Source of the DNA: Promethearchaeota archaeon
GTDB taxonomy: Archaea > Asgardarchaeota > Lokiarchaeia > Sigyniarchaeales > SOKP01
NCBI GenBank assembly: GCA_048941015.1
Contig: JBHLNZ010000010.1
Coordinates: 11,162 to 75,161, forward strand
DNA length: 64,000 nucleotides
Direction of reading: 5' to 3'
Below the pieces are notes generated by a model. It had not been told where the DNA came from. It saw only the letters and a program-made list of their open reading frames with translations, and ran no database searches. A program made the translations under genes and the position numbers. Positions 1 to 9,823 of this stretch are shown in pieces. Numbering within the stretch: position 1 is the first letter of the stretch; each line of letters opens with the position of its first letter.

Positions 1-1067
1 GATTCGTATGATGCTAAAACTATTTCCAAACTAGCCCTTCCATCATATATAGTTGGTATCCATTCCTTAGGAAATCCAACGTCCTCATTTGAACGATTTA
101 GAACTTGATTTATAAAACTTCGAACCTCTCGAGCATAAGGAAGGTTCCAACGATCCTTAGGGAAACTAATTTCGATTTCCTGGACTTTACTTGTTTTTGT
201 TCTACTAAAACGTTTTTTTATCGTCATAGGTTTTAAGAATCCCTCAAATGGGACATCAAAAAAGTATGTTCCTTCTGTTCCATGAATTCTGCCTAATTCC
301 TCCCCATAAAAACTACCAAAAAATGCTTCAGAACGCTCAAACACTGCAATAACTTCACTTTCTTTAAATGACAATAGAACAGTAGAATGATCTTCATTAA
401 CTCTGCTCTTATGGATCTTTCTTATTTGTGCACTTACACTCTTTACTTCTCCAAACCACCATCTAAATAAATCAAAATAGTGCGGTCCGTGATCCAAAAG
501 ATCTCCTCCTCCGCATCTATCACTTGTCAATCTCCATAGTCCCGCTTCTTCTATTATATCCTTTCTCGGATTTGGCCCAAGATCAGGCATATAATGATAC
601 CAAGAAATTGAAGCATGAAAAATATCACCTATTTCCTTTTCAATAATTCTTTTCTTGAGGAATTGGAATCCTAAATCGAATCTTTTCTGTGTTGCCGTTT
701 GAAAAATTATATTATTTTTCTCAACATCTTTAATCATTTTATCAATTTCTTCTAAATTTAACCCAATAGGCTTCTCACATAAAATATGCTTTCCATTTTC
801 TGCTGCTTTTATCACCTGCTCAGCATGAGCCCAATGAGGAGAACAAATGCTCACTGCTTCAATATTTGGATCTTCTAATAAATCTTGTGGATCAAGATAC
901 GTTTTTGGAACATTATAATGCTTTTGTGCTAGTTTAAGATGAGATTCGAGGGGATCAGAAACTGCTACTATCTCTGCGAGTGGAGATTTGTAATATGTTG
1001 GTAAATGACCATTATTTGCAACAGTTCCGCATCCTATAACGCCAACTTTTAGCTTATTATTGGGCAA
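1..1067 (-). CDS. Gfo/Idh/MocA family NAD(P)-dependent oxidoreductase (3' end runs off window; absent from ORF track)
   Basis: Manual translation of the minus strand from TTG at 1067: MPNNKLKVGVIGCGTVANNGHLP...AVSICSPHWAHAEQVIKAAENGKHILCEKP...GGGDLLDHGPHYFD...PTIYDGRASLEIVLASYE. Rossmann GxGxxA and CEKP motifs present. Confidence 0.9.
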   Translation of the reverse strand, partial: MPNNKLKVGVIGCGTVANNGHLPTYYKSPLAEIVAVSDPLESHLKLAQKHYNVPKTYLDPQDLLEDPNIEAVSICSPHWAHAEQVIKAAENGKHILCEKPIGLNLEEIDKMIKDVEKNNIIFQTATQKRFDLGFQFLKKRIIEKEIGDIFHASISWYHYMPDLGPNPRKDIIEEAGLWRLTSDRCGGGDLLDHGPHYFDLFRWWFGEVKSVSAQIRKIHKSRVNEDHSTVLLSFKESEVIAVFERSEAFFGSFYGEELGRIHGTEGTYFFDVPFEGFLKPMTIKKRFSRTKTSKVQEIEISFPKDRWNLPYAREVRSFINQVLNRSNEDVGFPKEWIPTIYDGRASLEIVLASYE

Positions 1068-1192
1068 TAATTTTAACCTAAATTAAATAAAATTATTATT
1101 ATAGATTTTATAAAATTGGAATTTCTTTAAAAATTTAGGTTTAGTACTAATTTAATTATAAGCTTAAATAAAGCTCTTTTTTTTTATGCAAT

Positions 1193-1546
1193 TCAATTAG
1201 AAATTTTTACAAGATGATTAGGTGTGAGAATTAGATACTGATCTCCTAGCCTAGCCATAGATCCTCCATTATCTCTTAAAAATAATTTTAAATCTTCAAT
1301 TCCTCTTTTTAGTTTAGTCACATCTATATTTCGGAGTATTTCTTTTGCATTAATTATTAAAATATTTCGATTTAACAATTCCTTTTTAATATCTTCAATC
1401 TGTTCAAGAGAAGAAAAATCGTATTTTTTAATCATAAAACTCTGTTTAAGAGCAGAAAATTCTCTCGAAAATCCCATTGTTTCTTCTGGAGAACTCATTA
1501 GATCATAATCAACTTTTTTCCAAAATCTTGTCACTTTTGTGATCAC
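1193..1546 (-). CDS. sepF: Cell division protein SepF (archaeal type)
   Basis: C-terminal pattern ELLNRNILIIN...KRGIEDLK...GGSMARLGDQYLILTP matches the archaeal SepF core. Confidence 0.75.
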   Translation of the reverse strand: MITKVTRFWKKVDYDLMSSPEETMGFSREFSALKQSFMIKKYDFSSLEQIEDIKKELLNRNILIINAKEILRNIDVTKLKRGIEDLKLFLRDNGGSMARLGDQYLILTPNHLVKISN

Positions 1547-1890
1547 TACTTCATTTTATACTTAAATTTTCTCAAACACTTACGTTTATAAATTATCTAG
1601 ATTCATATTTAAGTAAGAAAGTTATCGAGATGTCTATTTTTCTACTATAGGTGTATTATGTAGAAAATATAAAAGCGTTTTTTTCGAGATTTTTATATTT
1701 TTCTTATATCGCTATTTTTGGAAGTATAATATCAATCTTTCCACTTTAAACATTATATTATGCATGTAATATCTTCTTATAAATATCCTATAATAACTCA
1801 AAATTTAATTTTGTCTCGAGTTTAAAAATTATTAATATAGATAAATCATATTAATGATCATCTGAAAATTAATACAAAAATCGAATTAAA

Positions 1891-2352
1891 ATGAGCGAAG
1901 AAAAAGTTATTGTTGCAAATAAAGGCTTAGTTCGGGCAGAGTTTAACTTTTGGGTTGGTCTTTATATGGATAAATTTTATGATGGACTTGAAAATAAGAA
2001 AATTGTTGGAAATAAATGCCCGAAATGTGGTGATGTATTTGTTCCACCAAGAAAAATCTGTGGGAAATGTAATGTTGTTATACCATTTGATAATAACTGG
2101 TTGGATTTACCAGATACTGGTACGCTTGTAAACTATACCATAACTTCCTATAGAGTTAATGATAGGAGTGATAGAAAAGCAAAACCTCAGATAATCGGTA
2201 TGATAAAAATCGATGGAAGCAATACAGGAATAATATATAGAATATTAGATATAGATTCTAGCGAAGTAAACACAGGAATGAAAGTAAAAATTGAATGGAA
2301 TGAAAAAACAAAAGGAGATCCTTCTGATATCAAGGGCTTCGTTAAGGTGTAA
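1891..2352 (+). CDS. DUF35 Zn-ribbon/OB-fold acyl-CoA-binding protein
   Basis: CPKCG..FVPPRKICGKC zinc ribbon followed by OB fold (GTLVNYT...GMKVKIEW). Confidence 0.9.
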   Translation: MSEEKVIVANKGLVRAEFNFWVGLYMDKFYDGLENKKIVGNKCPKCGDVFVPPRKICGKCNVVIPFDNNWLDLPDTGTLVNYTITSYRVNDRSDRKAKPQIIGMIKIDGSNTGIIYRILDIDSSEVNTGMKVKIEWNEKTKGDPSDIKGFVKV

Positions 2353-2367
2353 AGGGTGGTATACTAA

Positions 2368-3510
2368 ATGGAAAAAGTAGGAATTGTTGGATATAATCAA
2401 GTCAAATTGTATTCAGACGCAAATTATGGTCGATATGAGATGATTTTTGAGGCTGTGAGAGGTGCTATTGATAGTGCAGGCTTGAAAAAGAAAGATATTA
2501 CAACAGTAATATCATGTACTAACGATTATTATGATGGACGTACTATTTCAAATTGTTTTACTGTTGAAGTTGGTGGAGGATATCTAGCAGATGAGAGTAA
2601 AGTCGAGATGGATGGAGCTCACGGAGTGCTTTATGGTTTAATGAGAATTTTGTCTGGAAATCATAAACTTGCCGTAGTCTGGGGTGGAAGCATGGCGTCA
2701 TGTTTTCCGTATCATACTACAAGACTCTACGAGACTGATCCAACTTGGGAAAGACCAAATGCTTATGTGAATGATATAACAGCTGCAGGCTTTCAGATGA
2801 GAGCTTATATGGAAAAATATGGAGTTAGTACTGAAGATATCGCCAAAATAGCTGTAAAAAATAGAAAAAACGCTTCAAAAAATCCTTTAGCTTTAGAAGA
2901 AGCTCAAAATCCAAATATAACGATTAAAGATGTATTGGAGTCAGATATTTATGCTGCTCCTGTTACAGAATTAATGGTAGCTCAGCCTTGTGATGGAGTT
3001 GCTGCTTTATTACTAGCACCAGAGAAACATGCATTAAAAATAACTGATAAACCCGTTTGGATTACTGGGGTAGGATGGAATCAAGATACATACTATCTCG
3101 GAGATCGAGATCTTTCTGGCTCTAAATCAATGGAATTAGCTGGTAAAATGGCTTTTGACGCTGCAGGGATTAAAAGTCCTAAAGATGAAATTCATGTAGC
3201 AGAACTTTTTGAAGCTTATGCACATGAAGAACTTATTTTTTCAGAGGCTTTAGGCTTAGCGGAAAAGGGAAAAGGTGCAGATCTTAGCTCTGAGATTGAT
3301 GGTAAATTGCCGATTAATCCTTCAGGTGGTGCTATTAGCGGTAATCCTCCCTGTGCCACTGGTTTGATTAGGATAATTGAGGCTGCTAAGCAACTTAGAG
3401 GCGAGGCTGGTAAATATCAGGTCAAAGATGCCAAGAGAGCGATAGCTTCGGGGCAAATAGGAATGTGTGCTCAAAATAATATATTATATGTTTTAGAAGG
3501 AGGTGCATAA
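2368..3510 (+). CDS. SCP2-type thiolase-like protein, Ltp4-like
   Basis: Thiolase fold (DGVAAL, INPSGG); DYYDGR..S and ESKVEMDGA replace the acylated Cys motif, as in actinobacterial Ltp4. Confidence 0.8.
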   Translation: MEKVGIVGYNQVKLYSDANYGRYEMIFEAVRGAIDSAGLKKKDITTVISCTNDYYDGRTISNCFTVEVGGGYLADESKVEMDGAHGVLYGLMRILSGNHKLAVVWGGSMASCFPYHTTRLYETDPTWERPNAYVNDITAAGFQMRAYMEKYGVSTEDIAKIAVKNRKNASKNPLALEEAQNPNITIKDVLESDIYAAPVTELMVAQPCDGVAALLLAPEKHALKITDKPVWITGVGWNQDTYYLGDRDLSGSKSMELAGKMAFDAAGIKSPKDEIHVAELFEAYAHEELIFSEALGLAEKGKGADLSSEIDGKLPINPSGGAISGNPPCATGLIRIIEAAKQLRGEAGKYQVKDAKRAIASGQIGMCAQNNILYVLEGGA

Positions 3511-3512
3511 AA

Positions 3513-4760
3513 ATGGGGAGACAAGTCGCAATAGTATCGGCTGGATTTAGTGAGCACGCTTCAAAACGTTCTGATGTTAACATGGGAGAACTCGTTAGTG
3601 AAGCAATAGAAGATTGTTTAAAAAAGGTACCTAGTCTTGAACTTAAGGATATAGATGCTTATGTTAATGGAAATATGCCTGCTTTTGAAGGCTCAAATAT
3701 TCCTGAATTATGGATAACAGATTGGATGGGTGCGAGAAATAAACCCCTTATGAGAATCACAACGGGAGGAACTACAGGAGGATCAGTAGCCATCGCAGGA
3801 TATTACACGGTAACTGCAGGTTTGCCAGGAATTGATACGGTTTTGGCAGTTGCTTTTGAACAACAATCTCAAGGGGATACTAGTGTTGGTCTTGCAAGTG
3901 TTGCGTATGGAGAAATTTCAATCCTTAATACTATGGGAGCAACTTACGATCATCTAACTCGTTTATTATCGGGTGGTGCTGCTATTGGAGCAGCTGCTTA
4001 TCAAGCAACAACATATATGAATAAAACAAATATAACTGAAGAAGATTTAGCAAGAGTAGTCGTACAAAATAGACACAATGCTGCTAAAACATGGTGGGCA
4101 CATTTAAAAATGCCAGATCTTACCATAGAACAGGTGCTTGACACTCCATACATTCAATACCCTTTAAGATATGGAATGGTCTGTCCAGCATCGGATGGCG
4201 CATGCGCAATGTTATTTACAACAGAAGAAAAAGCTAAAGATATGTGCGACATTCCGGTATATGTTAATGGAGTAGCAAGTGTTGCTAATGAATCTGCCAT
4301 ACTTGGATATGATGGAAGTGGATCAGCTCAAATTGATCCTTCTATGCAATTGGGGGCGATGAGATCATCTGAATTAGCATATAGTCAAGCAGGAATATCG
4401 TTTCCAAGAAAGGAAATTGATTATGCTGAGGTGTATTCTCCATTTCCTAATCAGGAGTTAATGTGGGTTGAAAAATTAGGTTTATTTGAGGAAGCTACAG
4501 CACCTGAAATGTATGAAACAGGTGTTACAGCAGTAAATGGAGATTTACCAGTAAATTGCTCCGGTGGAGTAAATTCCACTAATGCTATAGGGGCATCTGC
4601 AATGGAAAGACCTGCCGTAGCAGCATTACAGATTATGGGAAAAGCTAGTAATCAAGTTCCAAAGACTGTACATGCTTCAATAGGAAGCGGATGGGGAGGA
4701 TCACTTAATTTTATCACTTTGATGGTTATGGCTGATGAGCCCCAAAGAAAATGGAGGTGA
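3513..4760 (+). CDS. SCP2-type thiolase-like protein, Ltp3-like
   Basis: KRSDVNMGELVSEAI, FEG..IPELW..DWMGARNKPLMRI.TGGTTGGS, CPASDGACA, EVYSPF resemble Ltp3; preceded by GGAGGT SD. Confidence 0.8.
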   Translation: MGRQVAIVSAGFSEHASKRSDVNMGELVSEAIEDCLKKVPSLELKDIDAYVNGNMPAFEGSNIPELWITDWMGARNKPLMRITTGGTTGGSVAIAGYYTVTAGLPGIDTVLAVAFEQQSQGDTSVGLASVAYGEISILNTMGATYDHLTRLLSGGAAIGAAAYQATTYMNKTNITEEDLARVVVQNRHNAAKTWWAHLKMPDLTIEQVLDTPYIQYPLRYGMVCPASDGACAMLFTTEEKAKDMCDIPVYVNGVASVANESAILGYDGSGSAQIDPSMQLGAMRSSELAYSQAGISFPRKEIDYAEVYSPFPNQELMWVEKLGLFEEATAPEMYETGVTAVNGDLPVNCSGGVNSTNAIGASAMERPAVAALQIMGKASNQVPKTVHASIGSGWGGSLNFITLMVMADEPQRKWR

Positions 4761-4766
4761 GATTAA

Positions 4767-5294
4767 ATGTCAAAAATAACACAAAGAAAACATTTAGATT
4801 ATGTAAAAAAGGAATATGTTAAGACTCGAACTATGCCTGCAAATTGGTATTTGTCAAGCTACAAATACAAATTCAATGTTACTCATTTGAAACCTTTTAT
4901 GGATAAATTAAAAGAGAAAAAATTAGTCGCAAATCAATGTTCAGGCTGTAATCGCGTATTTTTTCCACCACGGCTAGTATGTGGGCAATGTTTTGTAGTT
5001 CCAGATAAATGGGTTGATATAAGAGATACTGCATCCGTTGCTACTTATGCAATTGCTTTTTTAAAAGATGAAAATGGAGTAGTTCAAGAGAGACCAATGG
5101 TCCTTGTTCATCATGATGGAGCTGATACTTGTAGTATAGCTGAATTACGTGAAGATATAGAAGTAAAAGATACCTATGTTGGAATGCCTATTAAAGCACA
5201 TTGGAAAGAAACGCCTGAAGGTGGACTGATGGATATTGAATATTATGAAGTAATAGAAGATAAATCGAAAGATATGAAAAAAGAAAAAAAATAA
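4767..5294 (+). CDS. DUF35 Zn-ribbon/OB-fold protein
   Basis: CSGCNRVFFPPRLVCGQC plus OB fold; GGAGGTGA SD overlaps the upstream stop. Confidence 0.9.
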   Translation: MSKITQRKHLDYVKKEYVKTRTMPANWYLSSYKYKFNVTHLKPFMDKLKEKKLVANQCSGCNRVFFPPRLVCGQCFVVPDKWVDIRDTASVATYAIAFLKDENGVVQERPMVLVHHDGADTCSIAELREDIEVKDTYVGMPIKAHWKETPEGGLMDIEYYEVIEDKSKDMKKEKK

Positions 5295-5317
5295 TCTCTT
5301 TTTTTTTTTAATTTTTT
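5295..5317. terminator. Oligo-T tract between convergent genes (archaeal intrinsic terminator-like)
   Basis: Long T run directly after the stop of the DUF35/thiolase operon. Confidence 0.45.
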
Positions 5318-6970
5318 TTATGAAAATATTATTCCCTCAAATGGAGTTAACTTAATTTTTCCGCTATAATCATTAAGCTCTAATGTTTTTCTATTAGGCA
5401 ACGTAGAAAAGAGTAATTCTGGTTTTTCTTTAGGTAAATCAATTATTAATTCTTTTTTTGTAAAATTTAAATAAATAGTTAATTCCTGATCCTTATATAA
5501 TCTTTGATAAGTTAGACAATTTTTCTTATTTTCTTCAGGTTCTATAAATTTGAATTGACCTTCCTGTAAAGAAATATTCTGCTTTCTTAGCTTTATTAAT
5601 CTTTTATAGCAATTAAGTAAGGACTCTGGATTCTTTTGTTCTTTCATTACATTGATTTTTTCATAAGAATCTGAAACTCTTAACCACGTTTTAGCCTCAA
5701 CGTTAGATGAAAATCCCGCGTTTTGTTCACTATTCCATTGCATTGGTGTTCTGCATCTGTCTCGGGATAATGAAATACCAAAGATTTTAGCTAAAAACGG
5801 TATTGGAAATTTAGAATATTTTTTAGTTAAAGGATCTTGACTCTCTTTTATTTTAAAACTGACATTAGGCATTCCAATCTCTTCTCCATAATAGATAAAA
5901 GGAACCCCTCTTAGGGTTAACTGTAACGTAGCAAGTATTTTTGCCTTTCGAAAATCATTTTTAATTAACGAGATATACCTGTCGCGATCATGATTCCCAT
6001 ATACATATGTAGGAGTATATGGAAATGGTAATGTATTTTCTATTCTAGAAATTACTCTTTTATATTTTTTAAAATTAAAATGAGCAGAAGAAAATTCAAA
6101 TAAAAAACACATATGCAGTCCATTGTTGTTGGGACCATAGTAACGCCGTAATTGTTCTATTATTCCAAAAACTTCACCTACAAGAAATCTTTCTGGTTCG
6201 TACTCATCCATTATTTTTCTCAATTCTAATGTAAAATCGAAGGTTTCTGGGAGATTTAAATTATATTTATGTTTCTGAAATAGGGAAGCATTTTTTTTTT
6301 CAGAATATAATGCCCAACTAAAAGGATTATTTCTTAAATCTTTATCTTCATAAATCGCGTGTAAAATATCCAATCGAAATCCATCTATTCCTTTATCTAA
6401 CCAAAATCGTATAGTATTAAACATTTCTTCTTTAACTTCAGGATTTCTATAATTTAAATCAGGTTGGAAGGGCAAAAATCCAAAGTAAACCCATTGATTA
6501 GTATTTTCGTAATACTTCCAAGCTTTCCCCCCAATGATTGCGTTCCAATTGTTTGGAGGTTTTTTTCCATCAAGATTCTTACCATCTCTCCATATATACC
6601 AATCTCGTTTAGGATTACTTTTACTTGATGCCGATTCAATAAACCATGGATGTTCATCAGAAGTATGATTAAGGACTAAATCCAAGACTATTTTCATATT
6701 CCTATTGTGTATTTCATTAAGGAGATTGTCAAAATCCTGCAGTGTTCCATATTCTGGTGAAATGTCACGAAAATCTTTAACATCATATCCATGATCTTTC
6801 TGCGGAGATTTAAAGAAGGGACTAAACCATATTGTTTCCACACCAAGTTCTTCTAAATAATCTAATTTTTGAATAATTCCTTGAAGGTCTCCTATACCAT
6901 TTCCAGTACTATCTTTGAACGAACGAGGATAAATTTGATAAACTACTGTTTTTTGCCACCATTTATGCAT
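5318..6970 (-). CDS. GH13 alpha-glucosidase / oligo-1,6-glucosidase
   Basis: WWQKTVVYQIYPRSF, DLVLNHTSDEH, QPDLN, DGFRLD, VGE, NHDRDR motifs. Confidence 0.95.
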   Translation of the reverse strand: MHKWWQKTVVYQIYPRSFKDSTGNGIGDLQGIIQKLDYLEELGVETIWFSPFFKSPQKDHGYDVKDFRDISPEYGTLQDFDNLLNEIHNRNMKIVLDLVLNHTSDEHPWFIESASSKSNPKRDWYIWRDGKNLDGKKPPNNWNAIIGGKAWKYYENTNQWVYFGFLPFQPDLNYRNPEVKEEMFNTIRFWLDKGIDGFRLDILHAIYEDKDLRNNPFSWALYSEKKNASLFQKHKYNLNLPETFDFTLELRKIMDEYEPERFLVGEVFGIIEQLRRYYGPNNNGLHMCFLFEFSSAHFNFKKYKRVISRIENTLPFPYTPTYVYGNHDRDRYISLIKNDFRKAKILATLQLTLRGVPFIYYGEEIGMPNVSFKIKESQDPLTKKYSKFPIPFLAKIFGISLSRDRCRTPMQWNSEQNAGFSSNVEAKTWLRVSDSYEKINVMKEQKNPESLLNCYKRLIKLRKQNISLQEGQFKFIEPEENKKNCLTYQRLYKDQELTIYLNFTKKELIIDLPKEKPELLFSTLPNRKTLELNDYSGKIKLTPFEGIIFS

Positions 6971-7072
6971 AATTGAATCACTTTTGAAAGTATTATATTC
7001 TTAAATTATAATTGATCATTTTTAGAAATTTTTAGAAAACTATAAATTTCTATACAAACCTATTTTTAAAAT

Positions 7073-7606
7073 ATGGAATCAAAAGGTTCAGATTTGATTG
7101 AGCTAATCAAATCACGTAAAAGTATTAGAAACTTCGTATATAAAAAGATTGATAATGAAACTATCAGAGAAATAATAGAATGTGCTCGTTGGGCTCCTTC
7201 AGGTCAAAATAATCAACCTTGGAAGGTTTGTATTGTATCTCATCCTACAGTTAAGCGAATGATTGCTGAGCAAACTAAAGATGGAGGTATTATTGAAAGT
7301 GCTTATGTGAATTTCGTTATTTTCTTAGATCTCGAAAGAAGTTATGACCGTGTAAAAGATATTTCTGCAATGGGCGCATTTATTCAAAACATCCTTTTAG
7401 CTGTGCATGCTAAAGGCTTGGGTGCTGTTTGGATCGGAGAAATCTTAAAAAATAAAGATCATGTGAATGAAATCTTTAAATATCCTACTGATAAGTTTGA
7501 ACTAATTTGTGTTATAGCTGTAGGCATAATTGATGAACCTTTAGAAGAAAAGAGGGAAAAGGAGCGAGAAAGGAAACCGATCGATGATTTTATTGATTGG
7601 TTTTAA
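7073..7606 (+). CDS. Nitroreductase family protein
   Basis: RKSIRNF, WAPSGQNNQPW, GLGAVWIG. Confidence 0.93.
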   Translation: MESKGSDLIELIKSRKSIRNFVYKKIDNETIREIIECARWAPSGQNNQPWKVCIVSHPTVKRMIAEQTKDGGIIESAYVNFVIFLDLERSYDRVKDISAMGAFIQNILLAVHAKGLGAVWIGEILKNKDHVNEIFKYPTDKFELICVIAVGIIDEPLEEKREKERERKPIDDFIDWF

Positions 7607-7650
7607 TTTACTAACTAAAATAAGTTCATCTGATACTTCTTATTAGAATA

Positions 7651-8370
7651 TTACTTTAAGCTTGTCTTTTCTAATTCTTGCTTTTTCAATGCCTTAAACT
7701 CAGTTGCAAAAAATTCGTTCCCATAATGTGAAAATAAGCATGCCGCAGGATTATGAGGAGACGATCTATCTTTTGCAATTAAAGTAGTAAATGGCGCTTT
7801 AGAAAGATGAGTAAATGTTATATCATGTCCTACACATAAACCAATAATAATATTCAGATCTGTTTTATGATAATTTAAAATTAAAGCCTGTGCTGCTGGA
7901 TTACATGTTATCCAACCTATTTTATAACCTGTTTTAGAAAACATAGTAAACTCCTCAGGTACTCCAACTTCAGTCTTCTTAACGCTTCCTGTTTTACAAC
8001 ATATAGATAATACTTCAAAACCATATTTTTCTAAAATCTCAGCAATTTTTTTTGTTTCTTGAAGCATCCCCACACAAAATGCTAATCCTAATCGTTTATA
8101 TCCCATCCCTTTTGCATATTCTACAGTGTCTTTTAGCCGTGGCCAATGAATATATCCCTTAGCTTCGACAGTTGAAGCAACTCCTGTTGACAATTTAATA
8201 AATTCATCAGTTTGATACAAATTTTTAGCTTCTTTCTCAATTTGAGGACTTATTTTCATAGGACAGTTATCTAAAATCTTACTTGCCCTTCCCACAGCAC
8301 AGTAATTAATGCTATTACATTTATGGCAAGTTGGGAATTGTTTATTTTCGTTCTCGATTAACTCATTCAT
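7651..8370 (-). CDS. DUF1847 putative metal-binding protein
   Basis: GLAFCVG, SICCKTG, CNPAAQA, GLCVGHD, TTLIAKDR..HNP. Confidence 0.88.
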   Translation of the reverse strand: MNELIENENKQFPTCHKCNSINYCAVGRASKILDNCPMKISPQIEKEAKNLYQTDEFIKLSTGVASTVEAKGYIHWPRLKDTVEYAKGMGYKRLGLAFCVGMLQETKKIAEILEKYGFEVLSICCKTGSVKKTEVGVPEEFTMFSKTGYKIGWITCNPAAQALILNYHKTDLNIIIGLCVGHDITFTHLSKAPFTTLIAKDRSSPHNPAACLFSHYGNEFFATEFKALKKQELEKTSLK

Positions 8371-8546
8371 AGCTGATTCCTACTTCACTCTTTAATTATA
8401 ATGTTAATGTAATATTGTTTATTCTTATTAATAAAATATAATTTTAGTCTGACAAAATTCTAGAAAGATGATTACACATAAAGTAAGAAATAAATTATGG
8501 ATTTAATTTAAATACTTAAAATCTATATGAATTTATTGGAAAATTT

Positions 8547-9806
8547 ATGAACCAGAATGAACATTTTACTTACGATTTTCGTTCTATGATTAATATTCTC
8601 ATGTTAAACAGTCTAGGTTTCTTTTTTCTTGACTTCCTAATATATTATTTTACAAGTCAGATTTTGAATGCATCTGGTTTACAAGTTGGCTTAATTTTTT
8701 CACTAAATGTATTCGGTAACATCTTAAGTTCCACATTTACAGGGATTATAACCGATAAAGTTAAATCGAAAACAAAATTGATATTAATTGGCTCATTCGG
8801 GCGAGGTATAGCCTATTTTATATTTTATTTCGCTCTTTTCTATAACTCATTGCCTGGTATTTATATTGGACACTTTTTTTTAGGATTTTTTGTAGGATTT
8901 TTTTGGATTCCCTTTAATACTCTAATTGCCCAAAAATCCCATAAAAATCATAGAAGTCAAGCTTTTGGAAGGAAAGAAGCCGCAGTTGGCAGAGGTTTAT
9001 TGATCGGTTCAATTTTTGGATTTATTATTTTTAATTTCACTATTAGTTTTACTAATAATCCCATAATTGTATATTCTGCAATTCCAGTTTTTGGAATTGC
9101 TAATTTCTTTGCTGGGATAAAACTTATTCGAGAAGTAGATGAATCTATTAAAATTTCTGAAGACAATTCTCAAAATGACATGACTAAACAAGCTTTGAAG
9201 GATACTTTTGCTAGAAGAATGATTTTTGGCTTAATTTTTATTTCAATCGTACTGCTCTTAGCTAATATAAATGGCTCTCTTTCAAGACCTTTTCTAAATT
9301 TCTATTTATTAGAAGTTATTACAAACGATCCATGGTTAGCTTCCATAGCATATTTACCTGCAGGAATCATTTCAATGCTTATAGCACCTAAGTTAGGTAA
9401 ATTTGTTGATAGCATTAGACCTGAGCTTGGAATTTCCATAGCAAGTATTTTTGGTGCAATAACAACTTGGTTTTTAATTAATACTAATAATTACATAATA
9501 TTTTCCATTTTATTAACATTAGATATAACTATTGTTCAAACTGCTAACTTAGTAGTCCAAAATCTGCTTAGTAGAATAACATTAACACATAGAGGAAAGA
9601 TTTTTAGTGGATTTCAGTTATTTATGGGGATTGGAAGTGTTATTGGCCCAATGATGGGAGGATTAGCATGGGATTATCTTTCAATCACAGCGCCATTTAT
9701 AATATCTATAATCGTAGAATTATGTTTAATACCATTTTATATAATTGCTGTGTTATTTATTAAACCAGTATTAAAGGAAGCTTACCACGAAAAAAAGAAT
9801 GGGTAG
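8547..9806 (+). CDS. MFS transporter
   Basis: About 12 hydrophobic segments; GIITDKVKSK motif-A-like loop. Confidence 0.85.
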   Translation: MNQNEHFTYDFRSMINILMLNSLGFFFLDFLIYYFTSQILNASGLQVGLIFSLNVFGNILSSTFTGIITDKVKSKTKLILIGSFGRGIAYFIFYFALFYNSLPGIYIGHFFLGFFVGFFWIPFNTLIAQKSHKNHRSQAFGRKEAAVGRGLLIGSIFGFIIFNFTISFTNNPIIVYSAIPVFGIANFFAGIKLIREVDESIKISEDNSQNDMTKQALKDTFARRMIFGLIFISIVLLLANINGSLSRPFLNFYLLEVITNDPWLASIAYLPAGIISMLIAPKLGKFVDSIRPELGISIASIFGAITTWFLINTNNYIIFSILLTLDITIVQTANLVVQNLLSRITLTHRGKIFSGFQLFMGIGSVIGPMMGGLAWDYLSITAPFIISIIVELCLIPFYIIAVLFIKPVLKEAYHEKKNG

Positions 9807-9823
9807 AAAGAATTTCCCTTTTA

